Assembly: GCF_006345805.1 (NCBI RefSeq)
Contig: NC_043000.1
Location: forward strand, 136,214,001-136,278,000
DNA from: Octopus sinensis
Lineage: Eukaryota
Direction: 5' to 3'
DNA: 64,000 nucleotides
This document shows positions 26,895-39,449 of this stretch, piece after piece. The translations under genes and the position numbers were made by a program. Position 1 is the first letter of the stretch. Each line of letters begins with the position of its first letter. A model generated the notes under the pieces. That model ran no database searches, was not told the origin of the DNA, and saw only the letters and a list, made by a program, of their open reading frames with translations.

Positions 26895-27115
26895 ATGAGC
26901 TGGCAGAATTGTTAGCACGCTGGGAGAAAAGCTCAGCAGTATTTCGTCTGTCTTCACGTTTCGAGTTCAAATTCCGCTGAGGTCGACTTTGCCTTTCATC
27001 CTTCTGGGGTCGATAAAATAAGTGCCAGTTGAACAGTGATGGGGTAGGGCAATATAATCGATTTACCCCCTCCCTCAAAATTCCAGGCCTTGTACCCATA
27101 GCGGAAAGGATTACT
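26895..27115 (+). mobile_element. SINE family B
   Basis: Family B head and core. Confidence 0.8.
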
Positions 27116-27224
27116 GTCACACTGCCTTCTGTGCACATGTGCTTATAGTTGGTACTATTGTGGTCACATGATTGAAGTTTGAGCTGGATCATTCCATTTT
27201 TCTTTCTAGCTTTACAGCGTAGGC

Positions 27225-27685
27225 ATGGCTGCTCCACTAGCAATGTGCCCCAAAGAAGAACAAAAAGCAGTGATCCGAGAAATGGTAATGATGAACCAGT
27301 TTACCATTACCATCTCCCAAGCTTGTTGAACCAAAGAAGAACAAAAAGCAGTGATCCGAGAAATGGTAATGATGAACCAGTTTACCATTACCATCTCCCA
27401 AGCTTGTTGAACCAAAGAAGAACAAAAAGCAGTGATCCGAGAAATGGTAATGATGAACCAGTTTACCATTACCATCTCCCAAGCTTGTTGAACCTTCTCA
27501 TCAGTGGTGGAAGTTGACAGGTGTCCTGCTCCCTCTTTGTGCACCATGCTTGTCTGGCCACTTTTAAACTTCTCAATCCATTCATACACAATTCTACATG
27601 GAAGTGCACTGTTCCCATATTTTGCTAAAGCCTCTGATGAATTTCAGCTCCTGACACACCTTCCAGCCAGAGAAATCGGATCATA
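27225..27685. mobile_element. Rearranged mariner 5' fragment with internal inversion
   Basis: Plus strand MAAPLAMCPKEEQKAVIR is joined to minus-strand IRFLWLEGVSGAEIHQR...YEWIEKFKSG. Confidence 0.8.
27250..27492. repeat. 3 x 81-bp perfect tandem repeat
   Basis: Identical units start at 27250, 27331 and 27412. Confidence 0.97.
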
Positions 27686-28068
27686 TACTCTTTTACTTGT
27701 TTCAGTCATTTGACTGTGGCCATGCTGGAGCACCGCCTTTAGTCGAGCAAATCGACCCCGGGACTTATTCTTTGTAAGCCCGGTACTTATTCCATCGGTC
27801 TCTTTTGCCAAACTGCTAAGTGACGGGGACGTAAACACACCAGCATCGGTTGTCAAGCAATGCTAGGGGGACAAACACAGACACACAACACACATACATA
27901 TATATATACATATACGACAGGCTTCTTTCAGTTTCTCTACCAAATCCACTCACAAAGCATTGGTCGGCCTGGGGCTATAGCAGAAGACACTCGCCCAAGA
28001 TGCCACGCAGTGGGACTGAACCGGAACCATGTGGTTGGTTAGCAAGCTACTTACCACACAGCCACATA
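27686..28068 (-). mobile_element. SINE family A
   Basis: Reverse-complement copy that truncates the mariner fragment. Confidence 0.9.
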
Positions 28069-28126
28069 TAATGGAATCATATATATATATATACTTTATT
28101 TTAAGCAGCAGAAAATTCAACAAAAT

Positions 28127-28164
28127 CTGTTACTCTGAGTTTCTCGTTGCTGTTCATCAGACAG
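28127..28164 (-). ncRNA. Mirror-image hammerhead on the opposite strand
   Basis: Same motif on the minus strand with one stem II mismatch (CA GCAA CG). Confidence 0.7.
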
Positions 28165-28180
28165 TTTTTGCTAGCAAAAA

Positions 28181-28218
28181 CTGTCTGATGAACGGCAACG
28201 AGAAACTCAGAGTAACAG
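28181..28218 (+). ncRNA. Minimal type I hammerhead ribozyme motif
   Basis: CUGU CUGAUGA A CG GCAA CG A GAAAC UCAGA GUA / ACAG. Canonical core, 4-bp stem I, near-palindromic stem III ACUC-A-GAGU. Confidence 0.8.
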
Positions 28219-29398
28219 ATTTTGTTGAATTTTCTGCTGCTTAAAATAAAGCATATTACTCTACCACTGGTATTTGAGTACTCTTTTTTCCACCTTGTTT
28301 CACATTTATGTGTTTACTCCGGTATATATATATATATATATTATATATATATATATATATACCTGATCTTTTATTCTTTTATATATTTCAATCATTTGAC
28401 TGCAGCTCTGCCACACCACCACCTTAAAGGGTTTTAATTGAAGAAATCAACCCCAGGACTGACTTTTTTGTGAGGCTAGTACTTATTCTATCATTCTCTT
28501 TTGCTGAACCACCAAGTTACAGGGACATAAACACACAAGCGTTGGTTGTCAAGTAATGGTGGTGGGGACAAAAGCACACACACACACACACACAAATATA
28601 TACATACACACATATATATATACAACAGGATTCTTTCAGTTTCTGTCAGTGTGTGTGTGTGTGAGTCCGGAAGAGCATACATGCGTTCATTTGTATGCAT
28701 ATGTGTACGTGCAAGTGTGTATATGTGCATACAATACACGACATGCAGTCACACATGCACGCACATATACAGTCTCACATGTACACACACATGCACACAC
28801 ACAGACACACACACACACACATGAAGTCCGATCCTGATGGGAATCCTTAGCTTCTCAAGCCATGCATCAAACCTTTCACTTACTGATCCTAGTGCACCAC
28901 AACAATTCATACCACTTCTACATACCTGTTTCTTCATATTGCTATTATTATTATTATTATTATTATGTGAACAAAAATAAATTTCAAACATGAAAATGGA
29001 TGTGAGAAAAAAAAATAATGAAAAATATATACCAGATGTTTCCTGATATCATAACAATCCATTAAAAACAATATGTGAAATGTTATTTTTTTAAAATTCC
29101 TGATTGTATATTACTTAAAACTTTTCTATTTAGTTTTTCCTTAAACTTCAATTAACAGCTGTGTTCTAAACTTGAAAAAGCAAAAAGTAAAGGGGAAAAA
29201 GTTTCATTTCATTTCCCAATGAGTATATATATATATTTGTGTGTGTGTGGTGTGTGTGTGTGACTGAATGAAAGCAAGAGTGACAGGGAACAAAACACAT
29301 TTTTTGGTCATACATTTCATAAAATTCCATTAATCAAATCTCATATAAAATGTTTATAAACAACTCTATGAACTACATTATTCATGAATGTGTGTGTG

Positions 29399-29431
<33 letters not shown>

Positions 29432-29894
29432 GTATATATATATGTGTGAAGTGGATGTTAAATACTGATGATATGTATCTATATATTGTATGATGTCGCT
29501 CTGTGGTAAGAAGCTTGCTTCCCAACCACATAGCTCCGGGTTCAGTCCTACAGCATAGTACTTTTGGCAAGTGTGTTCTACTATTGCATCAGGCTGACCA
29601 AAGCCTTGTGAGTGGATTTGACAGACAGAAAGTGAAAGAAGCCTGTTGTGTGTGTATATATATATATATGTATATATATATTGTGAAATAGAAAGATGAA
29701 TAATCTTGTTGCAGATTAATCAAAAGTTTAACCGATACCTTGGTAGCAAAAATCACAGCAGAAGACAGCACGGTTGGAGGTACAACCATATGGTGTTGCA
29801 ACCGTGCGTTGGTGCAGATAATTGAATTTTAATATTATTAGTGAATTGAAGAAATGGAGTTGAACGAAGATTGAACAGAAATCGTTTTATTGCA

Positions 29895-29974
29895 TTCTAC
29901 ACGTGTTTCGAAAGGCACAATTTACCAAATTCCGATTGAATAATGAGACCATATTGTGTCTTTCTCTTCAGGAA
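29895..29974 (-). ncRNA. Type I hammerhead motif (mirror copy)
   Basis: Exact reverse complement of 29994-30073. Confidence 0.85.
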
Positions 29975-29993
29975 GAAATAGGATTTCCATTTC

Positions 29994-30073
29994 TTCCTGA
30001 AGAGAAAGACACAATATGGTCTCATTATTCAATCGGAATTTGGTAAATTGTGCCTTTCGAAACACGTGTAGAA
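29994..30073 (+). ncRNA. Type I hammerhead ribozyme motif
   Basis: UUC CUGAAGA GAAAG-A-CACAAU...AUUGUG-C-CUUUC GAAAC ACGU GUA / GAA. Canonical core, palindromic loop III. Confidence 0.85.
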
Positions 30074-30375
30074 TGCAATAAAACGATTTCTGTTCAATCT
30101 TCGTTCAACTCCATTTCTTCAATTCACTAATAATATGTATATATATATATGTATATATATATTGTGAAATAGAAAGATGAATAATCTTGTTGCAGATTAA
30201 TCAAAAGTTTAACCGATACCTTGGTAGCAAAAATCACAGCAGAAGACAGCACGGTTGGAGGTACAACCATATGGTGTTGCAACCGTGCGTTGGTGCGGAT
30301 AATTGAATTTTAATATTATTAGTGAATTGAAGAAATGGAGTTGAACGAAGATTGAACAGAAATCGTTTTATTGCA

Positions 30376-30455
30376 TTCTACACGTGTTTCGAAAGGCACA
30401 ATTTACCAAATTCCGATTGAATAATGAGACCATATTGTGTCTTTCTCTTCAGGAA
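30376..30455 (-). ncRNA. Type I hammerhead motif (second unit, mirror copy)
   Basis: As 29895-29974. Confidence 0.85.
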
Positions 30456-30474
30456 GAAATAGGATTTCCATTTC

Positions 30475-30554
30475 TTCCTGAAGAGAAAGACACAATATGG
30501 TCTCATTATTCAATCAGAATTTGGTAAATTGTGCCTTTCGAAACACGTGTAGAA
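30475..30554 (+). ncRNA. Type I hammerhead motif (second unit)
   Basis: As 29994-30073, with one change in loop II. Confidence 0.85.
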
Positions 30555-30618
30555 TGCAATAAAACGATTTCTGTTCAATCTTCGTTCAACTCCATTTCTT
30601 CAATTCACTAATAATATG

Positions 30619-30649
<31 letters not shown>

Positions 30650-31050
30650 GTATATGTATATATTTATGTGTGTGTGCGTTTTTGTCCCCACCGCTGTCGC
30701 TTGGCAACCAATGCTGGTGTGTTTATGTCCCTGTAACTTAGTGGTTCGGCAAAAGAGAATGACAGAATAAGTACTAGGCTTACAAAAAAGTAAGTCCTGG
30801 GGTTGATTTCTTCAACTAAAACCCTTTAAGGTGGTGCTGCAGCATAGCTGCAGTCAAATGACTGAACTGAAATATGTAAAGAATAAAAGAACAGGTGTAT
30901 ATTTATATATATATATATATATATATGATTCATCTCTATTACTCAAAAGACACCTGTTGTTATTTTCTTGTTGTTTGTATTTCTAATTGTCTCACTCATT
31001 CTTTTGTTGTCATACTATTACTCTTAATATATATATATATATATATATTA

Positions 31051-31102
<52 letters not shown>

Positions 31103-31599
31103 GATACAACTAAACACCATGCATCCATTTCCGAGTAAGTTTATCTTAATAATTTTGATGTGACTCTACCCTGTATTGTTCTCTCTCTCTCCCACTTTCG
31201 TTTTCTCTATCTTCCTTTCTCTAATTCTTTTTTCTCCCCTTCACCATTTTCTATCTGTTTTCCTCTCTCTCTCCCTCTCTCTTTCTCCTTTAATCTCTCT
31301 CATTGCCCACATGTGACCATCATCCATCTTTCTTTTCATCATGTGATCATCTTTTTTTTCTGTCAGTCTGTTTTACAGACCAGACACATTCTTATCTGTC
31401 TCCTCTTCTACCTTTTTTCTTCCCAAAGACGATATTCCTCCAGTGTTTGCTACCTTACTTCATCTGTCCTAACGGCTCACTATGTTTGTTTATTTTTTGA
31501 TTTGTTGTATGTCTCCACTGTCCTGTTTTTGTTACCAACTTTGACCCTCCGCAAATCCCAAATTTTATTTTGTTTCATGGGAGCAGCTGCCTTTCGAAG

Positions 31600-32827
31600 C
31601 CTCATATTTATCCTCTACACGTAATAACCTTACACTGATCCATTGAATTTGCCAAGGTGATGATACCCTCTTGTGTCATGCTTTGAGCAGCATAAACAAT
31701 AGCATCCAGAGGGTAGCTTTACTTGAAAATTGCTGTCCATCTTGGTAAACTCATCTCTGTAGGACACTCCACAGGTTCTCAGTTGGCTTTAAGTCAGAGG
31801 AACAAGGTGGCCACCCAATCAAACGACCTCCAGAGAAGCCTATTTGCTGTACATATTCAATAGAATTCTTCACTGCATAAGATGGGGTGTTTTCTTGCAT
31901 GAAGACCAGCTTTCTCTTGAATGAAAGTTTTTGCTTTTTGGACCACGGTTGGAAATTGCCCTATAAAAAGGTAACATATGTTTTTAATCTCATCTTAATA
32001 CTATCTGGGATTTTCTATGGCCCAACTATCATACCATCAATGATACCAGCCCAAAACATGACCTCACCTCCCCGCTGTTGGCATCTGAAATGATGAGGAC
32101 AGTCCCCCGCTGATTGTTACCAAACCTTTACTCCATTCATCTGGTCCATCAAATGTAGCACTGCATTCGTCAGTGGACAGAAGCTTTGAAAAATTTATCT
32201 TCATGTATTCTTTTCCCCATTTCAGTCATTGCTTATGAACAGTCTTCAGAGGTGGCCTTGTAACAGGTTTAACATTCCTGGCTACCTGCTTCAAGAGGTG
32301 ACACCTGATACTTTTTGATACGTCTTCCCTGCCACAATATTTGAAAACTTCTCTACTTGTCAGATATGGGTTCTGCACAACTTCCCTTTTCACATGTGAC
32401 AAAGTACGAATCAAAGCAGCCCTCAGTTTACCCTTATCTGCCTTAAGCCAAACAGAAATAGGAGACTGCACAAATTTCTTCACAGTTCAGTGATCTCTTC
32501 CCAGTATTTTTGATATTTCTATGGTTGTTTTTCCTTTTCCAAGCTCTGACACGGTGGTAGACGTCTCTCTCATTTGAGGTAAGATCACATTTCTGACCCA
32601 TAATAACACTTAAATTGGGCATCTGCCTAATAATTTGGGACATCAGAAATCTTACTGCTACATGTAATGGCCACTGTTTGTTTTTGTCTGCACAGATCCA
32701 CTTTATTTTGACAGAATGTGCACAGATAGATGTTGCCAACGGTCAGTAGGAAAACAACTGGTTTTGAACAAATATACATTTATTCATTGAGAGAAGGTTG
32801 ATTTGCCTAATAATGTGGGACACAGTG
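31600..32827 (-). mobile_element. Tc1-like (DD34E) transposon remnant with one IR/DR-type end
   Basis: ATG at 32601 (MGQKCDLTSNER), STDEC, GGGVMFWAGI-like, FMQEN, WPPCSSDLKPTENLWS. Direct repeats TGCCTAATAAT(T/G)TGGGACA at about 32623 and 32803. Confidence 0.9.
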
Positions 32828-35662
32828 TTGATCAATCAGATGCTCTAATGGGATTGAACCTGAAACCACATGACTGCAAATTGAACTTCTTAACCACACT
32901 TCAAAAGATCAAACAATTTTGAAGTTCAGTTTTTTAAACAGACAGGTTCCTGTTTAAAACTTATTTGGCATCTTCTGTCTTTTAGTTGCAACGAGGATTC
33001 TTTACATGTGGAAGCACAATCGAAGTCATATTCATATGTCAGTTCATTGATAGATAAATTAGTGGGTGGACAAAAGAATTAAATCATACAATAAGCAATC
33101 TTTGATTGAATAAATCCCAGAGAAATAACTTACATATCAATATTGATCTATAGAGAAAACTTTATACTTATTTCTGACATTGGCACATGACCAAAAGTTT
33201 TGAAGAAAGGAAGCAGTCAGTTAAAGCCATCTCAGTGTATTGCTGATACTTTTTTACTGAAACAAGAAAGATTAAATTCTTGATAAAATTTGAACTCAGA
33301 GCATAAAGGCATGTGACTAAATACTAGAAGACATTTTGTTCATTCTTCTGTGTGAATTAATGATATAGGTACAATGATGAATAAACTGCCTTGCAATCTT
33401 TTAATAGACATAATATTAGTTTATAAATGTTAGCATGAGGACACAGTAAAATGAATGATTCATTTAGCCTTTTGAAGAATAATGTATTATGATACAGGAT
33501 ACTTGAAGTCAAAATAGGAAATGAAAAATCTTGGAATGAAAAATTAAGATAATATCTTATGAAACTATAGTGCAGCCACTGGCTCTCCAGACCTCAGTCA
33601 AATCGTCCAACCCATGCCAGCATAGAAAACGGACGTTAGACGATGATGATGATGATGATGATGAACTTTCATAATAGACAAGTTAAGCTGGATGAATTTA
33701 AGTAGATGGCTTGTCATTTCATTTGTATGTATTTAGTTAATAGTAAATAGTTACTGGTAACTCTTGTGACAGTGACTCTTGTGTTAGCATAAAGAGATCA
33801 TTATTGTTATTATTGTAATAAACTAGTGGTTCATATAGTTCAGGGATTGGTAATGTGTGGGAAAATGAATGAGGTACTGTTCCAATGGCCTGAATGACTT
33901 GAGCTCAAATTTTTTTCAGCTAGTCTATCAAATATCAGGCCACTATACTGTGAGATGTGACCTCATACAATTATTTTATTGTTTCAAATCAATGGAACAC
34001 AGTCATAGCAGAGCCCTTCTGTTGAGGGTTTTTTGCCCACCATATTAACTTCAGTGGCTATTTCAATTTGGAACTCATTTTATTGATAATTTTATCAATA
34101 CCTATCAAATAACTAAACTATTTTTATACTTGACTTTAAGGATGCAACATGAGACACCAGTTTACACTAAAAGTAAACACAGGCACACATATAGATATTT
34201 CTGTACCAAAGGGTTCAAAACAGGTTTTGTTTACCAAATTTGTTGAAGTAAAACAAATGAGATTACCATAAATGCATTAGCCAAACTAGTTTAATGGTCT
34301 TCATTGAAAAACATTCATGAATTTATTCTAGTAAGGACACTGAATTATAAAAGCAAATTAACTTAAATATATGTGGCATTAATTCATATGCAAAATTTTG
34401 AAATTACAAAAATATTTAAACATCAATAGAAGCTTTTATGTGAAAGTCTAAAAGAATTAAAAGAGAATCAAGATTCTCACATGAGAGCAACGGGATGAAG
34501 ATTAATTTTATGATGAGTCTAATTTGTGAATTGTCTGCACTTTCTGGATAGAATGTTCCCTTTGTTATATATAGTAAACTAAAGGTTCACCAAAAAATTG
34601 TAAACTTTATGCCTTTTTAAAGAAAGCAACATGAAAATGCTTCGTTTCATCATTTCTGAATATGCTATGGCATTGCAGAAAATTACAAGCTGAAACAAGC
34701 ATATGTGTATAAGTAACCCTAAGAAAAATATCATTTATGCTACAAAGAAGAATTCATTATATACTCAGCAAGCTATCCCACCAAGAACTGACCTTGTGTT
34801 TCTGGAAGACTTAGCAAGCTATCTATAATAATTTGTATTTGAACTTAAATTAATGTCGTTTGTATTGCCATATCACAAAAAAGTATGGTCTTCTTTGTTT
34901 ACTTGTGCTGTATTTCTTTAATAATAGCATAGCTTAATTCCTTCCAGGCTTTTCTTTAACTACAATTAAACCTCATATATATATATAGAGAGATTTTCAG
35001 TTGGAACAACAATATTTTTATATGAGAGCAGAAAACATTGTGAACTCTGTGATGTCAATGTTTTCGACCAACTAAATAAAACCTCACACAAAACAATTAC
35101 AAAAAATAATGGAAAACAATAAAAAGACCTTCAATCATATTATTTTAGTGGTAAAATTAGTACTTTGATGGTTCCACCTAGTCTACTTACTTTATCTAAC
35201 AGGGAAAATATTACTGGGTACAAAATTAAAGTTTTCTATTTGTCTACTATTAATTCAACTATAAATTCCTGTATTTTCTATGGAGAAAATTGTACAGTTT
35301 TAATGCAATTTCAGTTTAAAATTGGTAATTGCTACATTGCATCCAACACAAAAATTGAATTGTAATAACATAGGTAATTTCTAGAAAACCTATCATTATT
35401 ATTGTCTACACACCTATTTTCAAGCTGCAATAGAGCAGAATTGTTATTATGTCTGTATTATTTATTTATCAGTCTATCTATTTGTCTGCCTATCTGCCTG
35501 CATATACATATAGCTCATTGATTTTATGTCTGTTCCTTCTTACTAGCATGGGTCAGATGAGTATATCATTACTGAATTGTTATAAAGTTGGATGCCCTCA
35601 CTGTCACTAACTCCGATCTATTTTACAAATCAGAATTTTTTTTATTCCACATCTTTTTGCAG

Positions 35663-35755
35663 GTACAGAGACAGCAGATTAGTAAGAAGGGGAAAAAGCA
35701 AAGAATTAATCTCATCAAATTCACTGACTTTTTTGAGAAGATCAAATATAAATAA
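35663..35755 (+). other. Possible terminal coding exon (VQRQQISKKGKKQRINLIKFTDFFEKIKYK*)
   Basis: Strong polypyrimidine tract plus GCAG acceptor, then 30 open codons and a stop. No homology recognised. Confidence 0.25.
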
Positions 35756-35984
35756 GAATACATGCACATGTGTACATAAACATATAAATACAAACATAAG
35801 TACATATGTATAAATATATATACATACATATATATGTTTATATATTATACACATATATATGTACATATATACATATTTACACAAATACAGAGTGTGATGT
35901 GTAAATTGTTACCATTTTATACTTTTAATTTAATGTGTGTGCATTGCTTGTTTCTGATTTTGTCAACTACTCAGTATAGTAGGG

Positions 35985-36420
35985 TCAGTTGGGCACCATC
36001 TGTGAAAAAACAGCACCATGATGCAATTCACTCTGCTAGAAATTTGGAGATGACATGCTGTGCTGACTGGCATTCATGCTGGAAGCTCCAATATGAACAT
36101 TTCAGAGTATTTAGGTGTCAATATAAGGATGGTGCAGTCTGAAAACATCGTACTGGGAGTGATAAAAATCAAACATCCAGTCAATATTATGGTGTTTGGA
36201 GTGATCACTAGTGATGGCGACGTTATGCCACCATTTATCTCCCCACATGGCCTCAAACTCAACACAGAGGCCTAAAACAAGTGCCCGGAGGAGGTTGTGC
36301 TACCCTGGGTCAAGAGGGTGGCTGCTGGAAAATCCTATGTCTGGCAACAGGCCTCTAAACCATGCCACACAACCAGAACCCAGTTATAGCTGTCAAACAA
36401 TTTCTGTGACTGCATCATGC
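35985..36420 (+). mobile_element. maT/DD37D-type transposase remnant, internally deleted
   Basis: KHPVNIMVFGVITSDGDVMPPF and PWVKRVAAGKSYVWQQ motifs. Confidence 0.8.
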
Positions 36421-36722
36421 TTTTCCTTTGTTCCTTGCATTTTTTAGCTCTACACATCTATGACATGTTGGCTTGAGAAAATACTACAATTTAATAGGCA
36501 TTTAACAATGTTTCTGCTTCATGTAGGATACACAGATTGTTATTTGTTATATTGAACTAATTCTATATCCTTAATCTCTACTGTGGTATTGAGTACTGTT
36601 TCTAACAGTTGACAGTAGACACATACAAACACACACATCCATGTGCACACACACACACATCCATGTGCACACACACACACTCATATACAAAGACTCAAGC
36701 TGGAGCACTAATTTTGTCCACC

Positions 36723-36770
<48 letters not shown>

Positions 36771-37447
36771 GTATATTTCTTCTTCCACTATTCTATCCTC
36801 ATACTCTTTCGTTTTCTCCTTTTCTTTCTCTTATTCTTTTACTTCCTCTTCTCCCTCTCCTTTTTTTCTCTCTTATCCTATTTCCAAATCTTTTCCTCTC
36901 CCCTTCACAGTTCTTTGTCTGTCACTCTCTCTTCCTCACTCTTCCTCCTTTGCTCCTACATGACCATTGGCCATTTTTCTTTCTTCTCCTAACTTTCTTC
37001 CTGTTGCAGCTGGACAAGGAAGACGTATACTTGTCTGTCTCCTGTCCAAGCTTGTTTCTTCACATTCGCCACCACAACCTCGTTTAGGCTTAGCAGCCCT
37101 ACCTGTTTGTTTTCACTGTCCTGTTTTTGTCACCAATTTTGACCCTCTGCAAAATACAAAATTTTATTTAATTTACTTTGTGGGAGCAACTGTTTTATTG
37201 AAGGCGTATCTTGTCATGAATTGCTCGAAATATGGGTTAAGAAAACAGCTGACAACTGATGAAGGGTTGTTCTTTGTATTGTTTGTCTTGTTTTCCATTT
37301 GTTTCTTTCGTTATTCACAAAAGTAGTTCATATTCCATGTCCTCGTACTTCATATTTTTCGATGTTTACGTTTTGTGACCTCCTGTGCCCACATATTCAT
37401 ATGTATATACATATACATACAAGTATGTACGTTTACATATATATATA

Positions 37448-37482
<35 letters not shown>

Positions 37483-37795
37483 ATAAAAGAAATAAAACAT
37501 ATGCATATATATAAACATATATGTACGTACCTACCTCTACATGTACATATACACACATATATGAGTACAGGACACCAAAGGGACGTCGAACACATAGAGA
37601 AACGAAAACAAAGACACAAACCAAAGGAACAGGACATTTTTTTAAAAACAACAAAAAATGGTGTACAGGACAGTTAACACAACGAAAAAACCCCCTCTTC
37701 AGTCGCTAAGGTTCCATCTACTCTACGTTTCGAAGGATATATATATATATATATATATACATATTATTTAAATTATATATATATATATATATTAT

Positions 37796-37880
<85 letters not shown>

Positions 37881-38848
37881 TATAAAGAAGTGTATTTCAT
37901 TTATACATTTAAGATATTTTGTATTTGCCATTTGTCATGCTTACATTGGTCACAACAGTGTGCAATACAAAATGCTTTTTGCATTCTATCTTCTCTGTTG
38001 CTGAAATATAACACTTCCTAAATATTTCTTCCCAGGTATTTCTCTGTTTAAAATATGTTCCACTATGAAATTCAACCCACTTTTTATTTTATCTGACATG
38101 CTTATAAGTATTTATATCTTAGAAAACTGTTTGTGTCCTGTAGATATCTATGAATATCTTTGATGTTCAGTCACTTCCTCAAACAACATGTGTTCAGCAT
38201 TTGTCGTCAATTAACATTTGGCAGACAGCACAAAAATACTGTTCTGATTCTCCTTCGGCTATAAAAGAGAAATCAGAAGACACACACACACACGCGCGCG
38301 CACACTATCTATCTATCTTTCTATATAATAAATATGTGTGTGTGTGAATGTGTGTTTATATATATGTATGTGAGTGTGTATAGTAATATGGGAGTCTGTT
38401 ATGTTTCTGTATCTCACTATCTTTCCTTCTCTTTCTCCTTCTCTCATTTTTCTGTCTCTTATTTATTATATATTTATGTACAGTGAGTGGAAACTTTAAT
38501 TCCTATCTAGACATCAGAACTTGATTTTTAGTGAAGAAATATAGATAAACAATAAACACAATTTGTTTCTGTAAACACGTTTATAAACTTATCTATTTTC
38601 TGACTGGTTTCAGTAACTGAACAGCAGTTGTTTTAGGGGAAAGAACAAACTTCAAGGCTTTTAATTGATCTCATCAACTCAGTACTTATTTCAGTCCATA
38701 TATTAAATTAATATTGATGTCATTGCAGTGAAAGCATAGTACCAAGAATAAGAATTGGTTAGAAGAAGCTCAGGCTGCTATTAAATTTATTAGTAATGGA
38801 AGCAAAAATGACAAACTGTAGGTGAGTTATGTAAAAATCGAAATGATA

Positions 38849-39212
38849 TACTCTTTACTCTCTTTACTCTTTTACTTGTTTCAGTCATTAGACTGTGGCC
38901 ATGCAGGAGCTCCGCCTTCACTCGAGCAAATCGACTCCAGGACTTATTCTTTGGAAGCCTAGTACTTATTCTATCGGTCTCTTTTGCTGAACCACTAAGT
39001 TACGGGGACGTAAACACACCAGCATCGATTGTCAAGCGATGTTGGGGGGACAAACACAGACACACAAACACATACACACATACATATATACGACGGGCTT
39101 CTTTCATTTTCCGTCTACCAAATCCACTCACAAGGCTTTGGTTGGCCCGAGGCTATAGTAGAAGACACTTGCCCAAGGTGTCATGCAGTGGGACTGAACC
39201 CAGAACCATGTT
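38849..39212 (-). mobile_element. SINE family A, 5'-truncated
   Basis: Reverse-complement tail and body. Confidence 0.85.
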
Positions 39213-39449
39213 CTGATGTATGGCAATTAGATATGATCATTTAATGTAGAGGACTATTTGGGGTCATAAAACGTATAACCCAAATATGTTTCTGATTTGT
39301 TAAAGATGGGCTATTTAAGTGAAGAAAATTTATTGTCATGTTCAGTGTTGGTTGATGGCTGCTGAAATGGGTTGTCTATGTGGCAGATTGGCATTCTAGC
39401 TAAAATAGGTGTTGGCTTCTAAGGTGATGCTTATTTTAATTGGTAAGCA

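Larger units (their letters stand above)
28094..28251. repeat. 158-bp palindrome (family E) with no loop
   Basis: Centre GC-TA-GC at 28172/28173; one mismatch across 79 bp. Confidence 0.95.
29681..30617. repeat. Tandem dimer (period 481 bp), each unit containing a 305-bp palindrome
   Basis: Palindrome arms 29832-29979 / 29989-30136 (148 bp, 9-nt loop) and 30313-30617. I see two substitutions between the units. Confidence 0.97.
29490..30890 (+). mobile_element. SINE family A split by a roughly 960-bp insertion in its internal (TA)n
   Basis: Head 29490-29650, tail resumes about 30660-30890. Confidence 0.85.

Noticed and set aside
27250-27492. CRISPR-like array
   Set aside because: Identical contiguous units with no spacers, derived from a mariner, in eukaryotic DNA.
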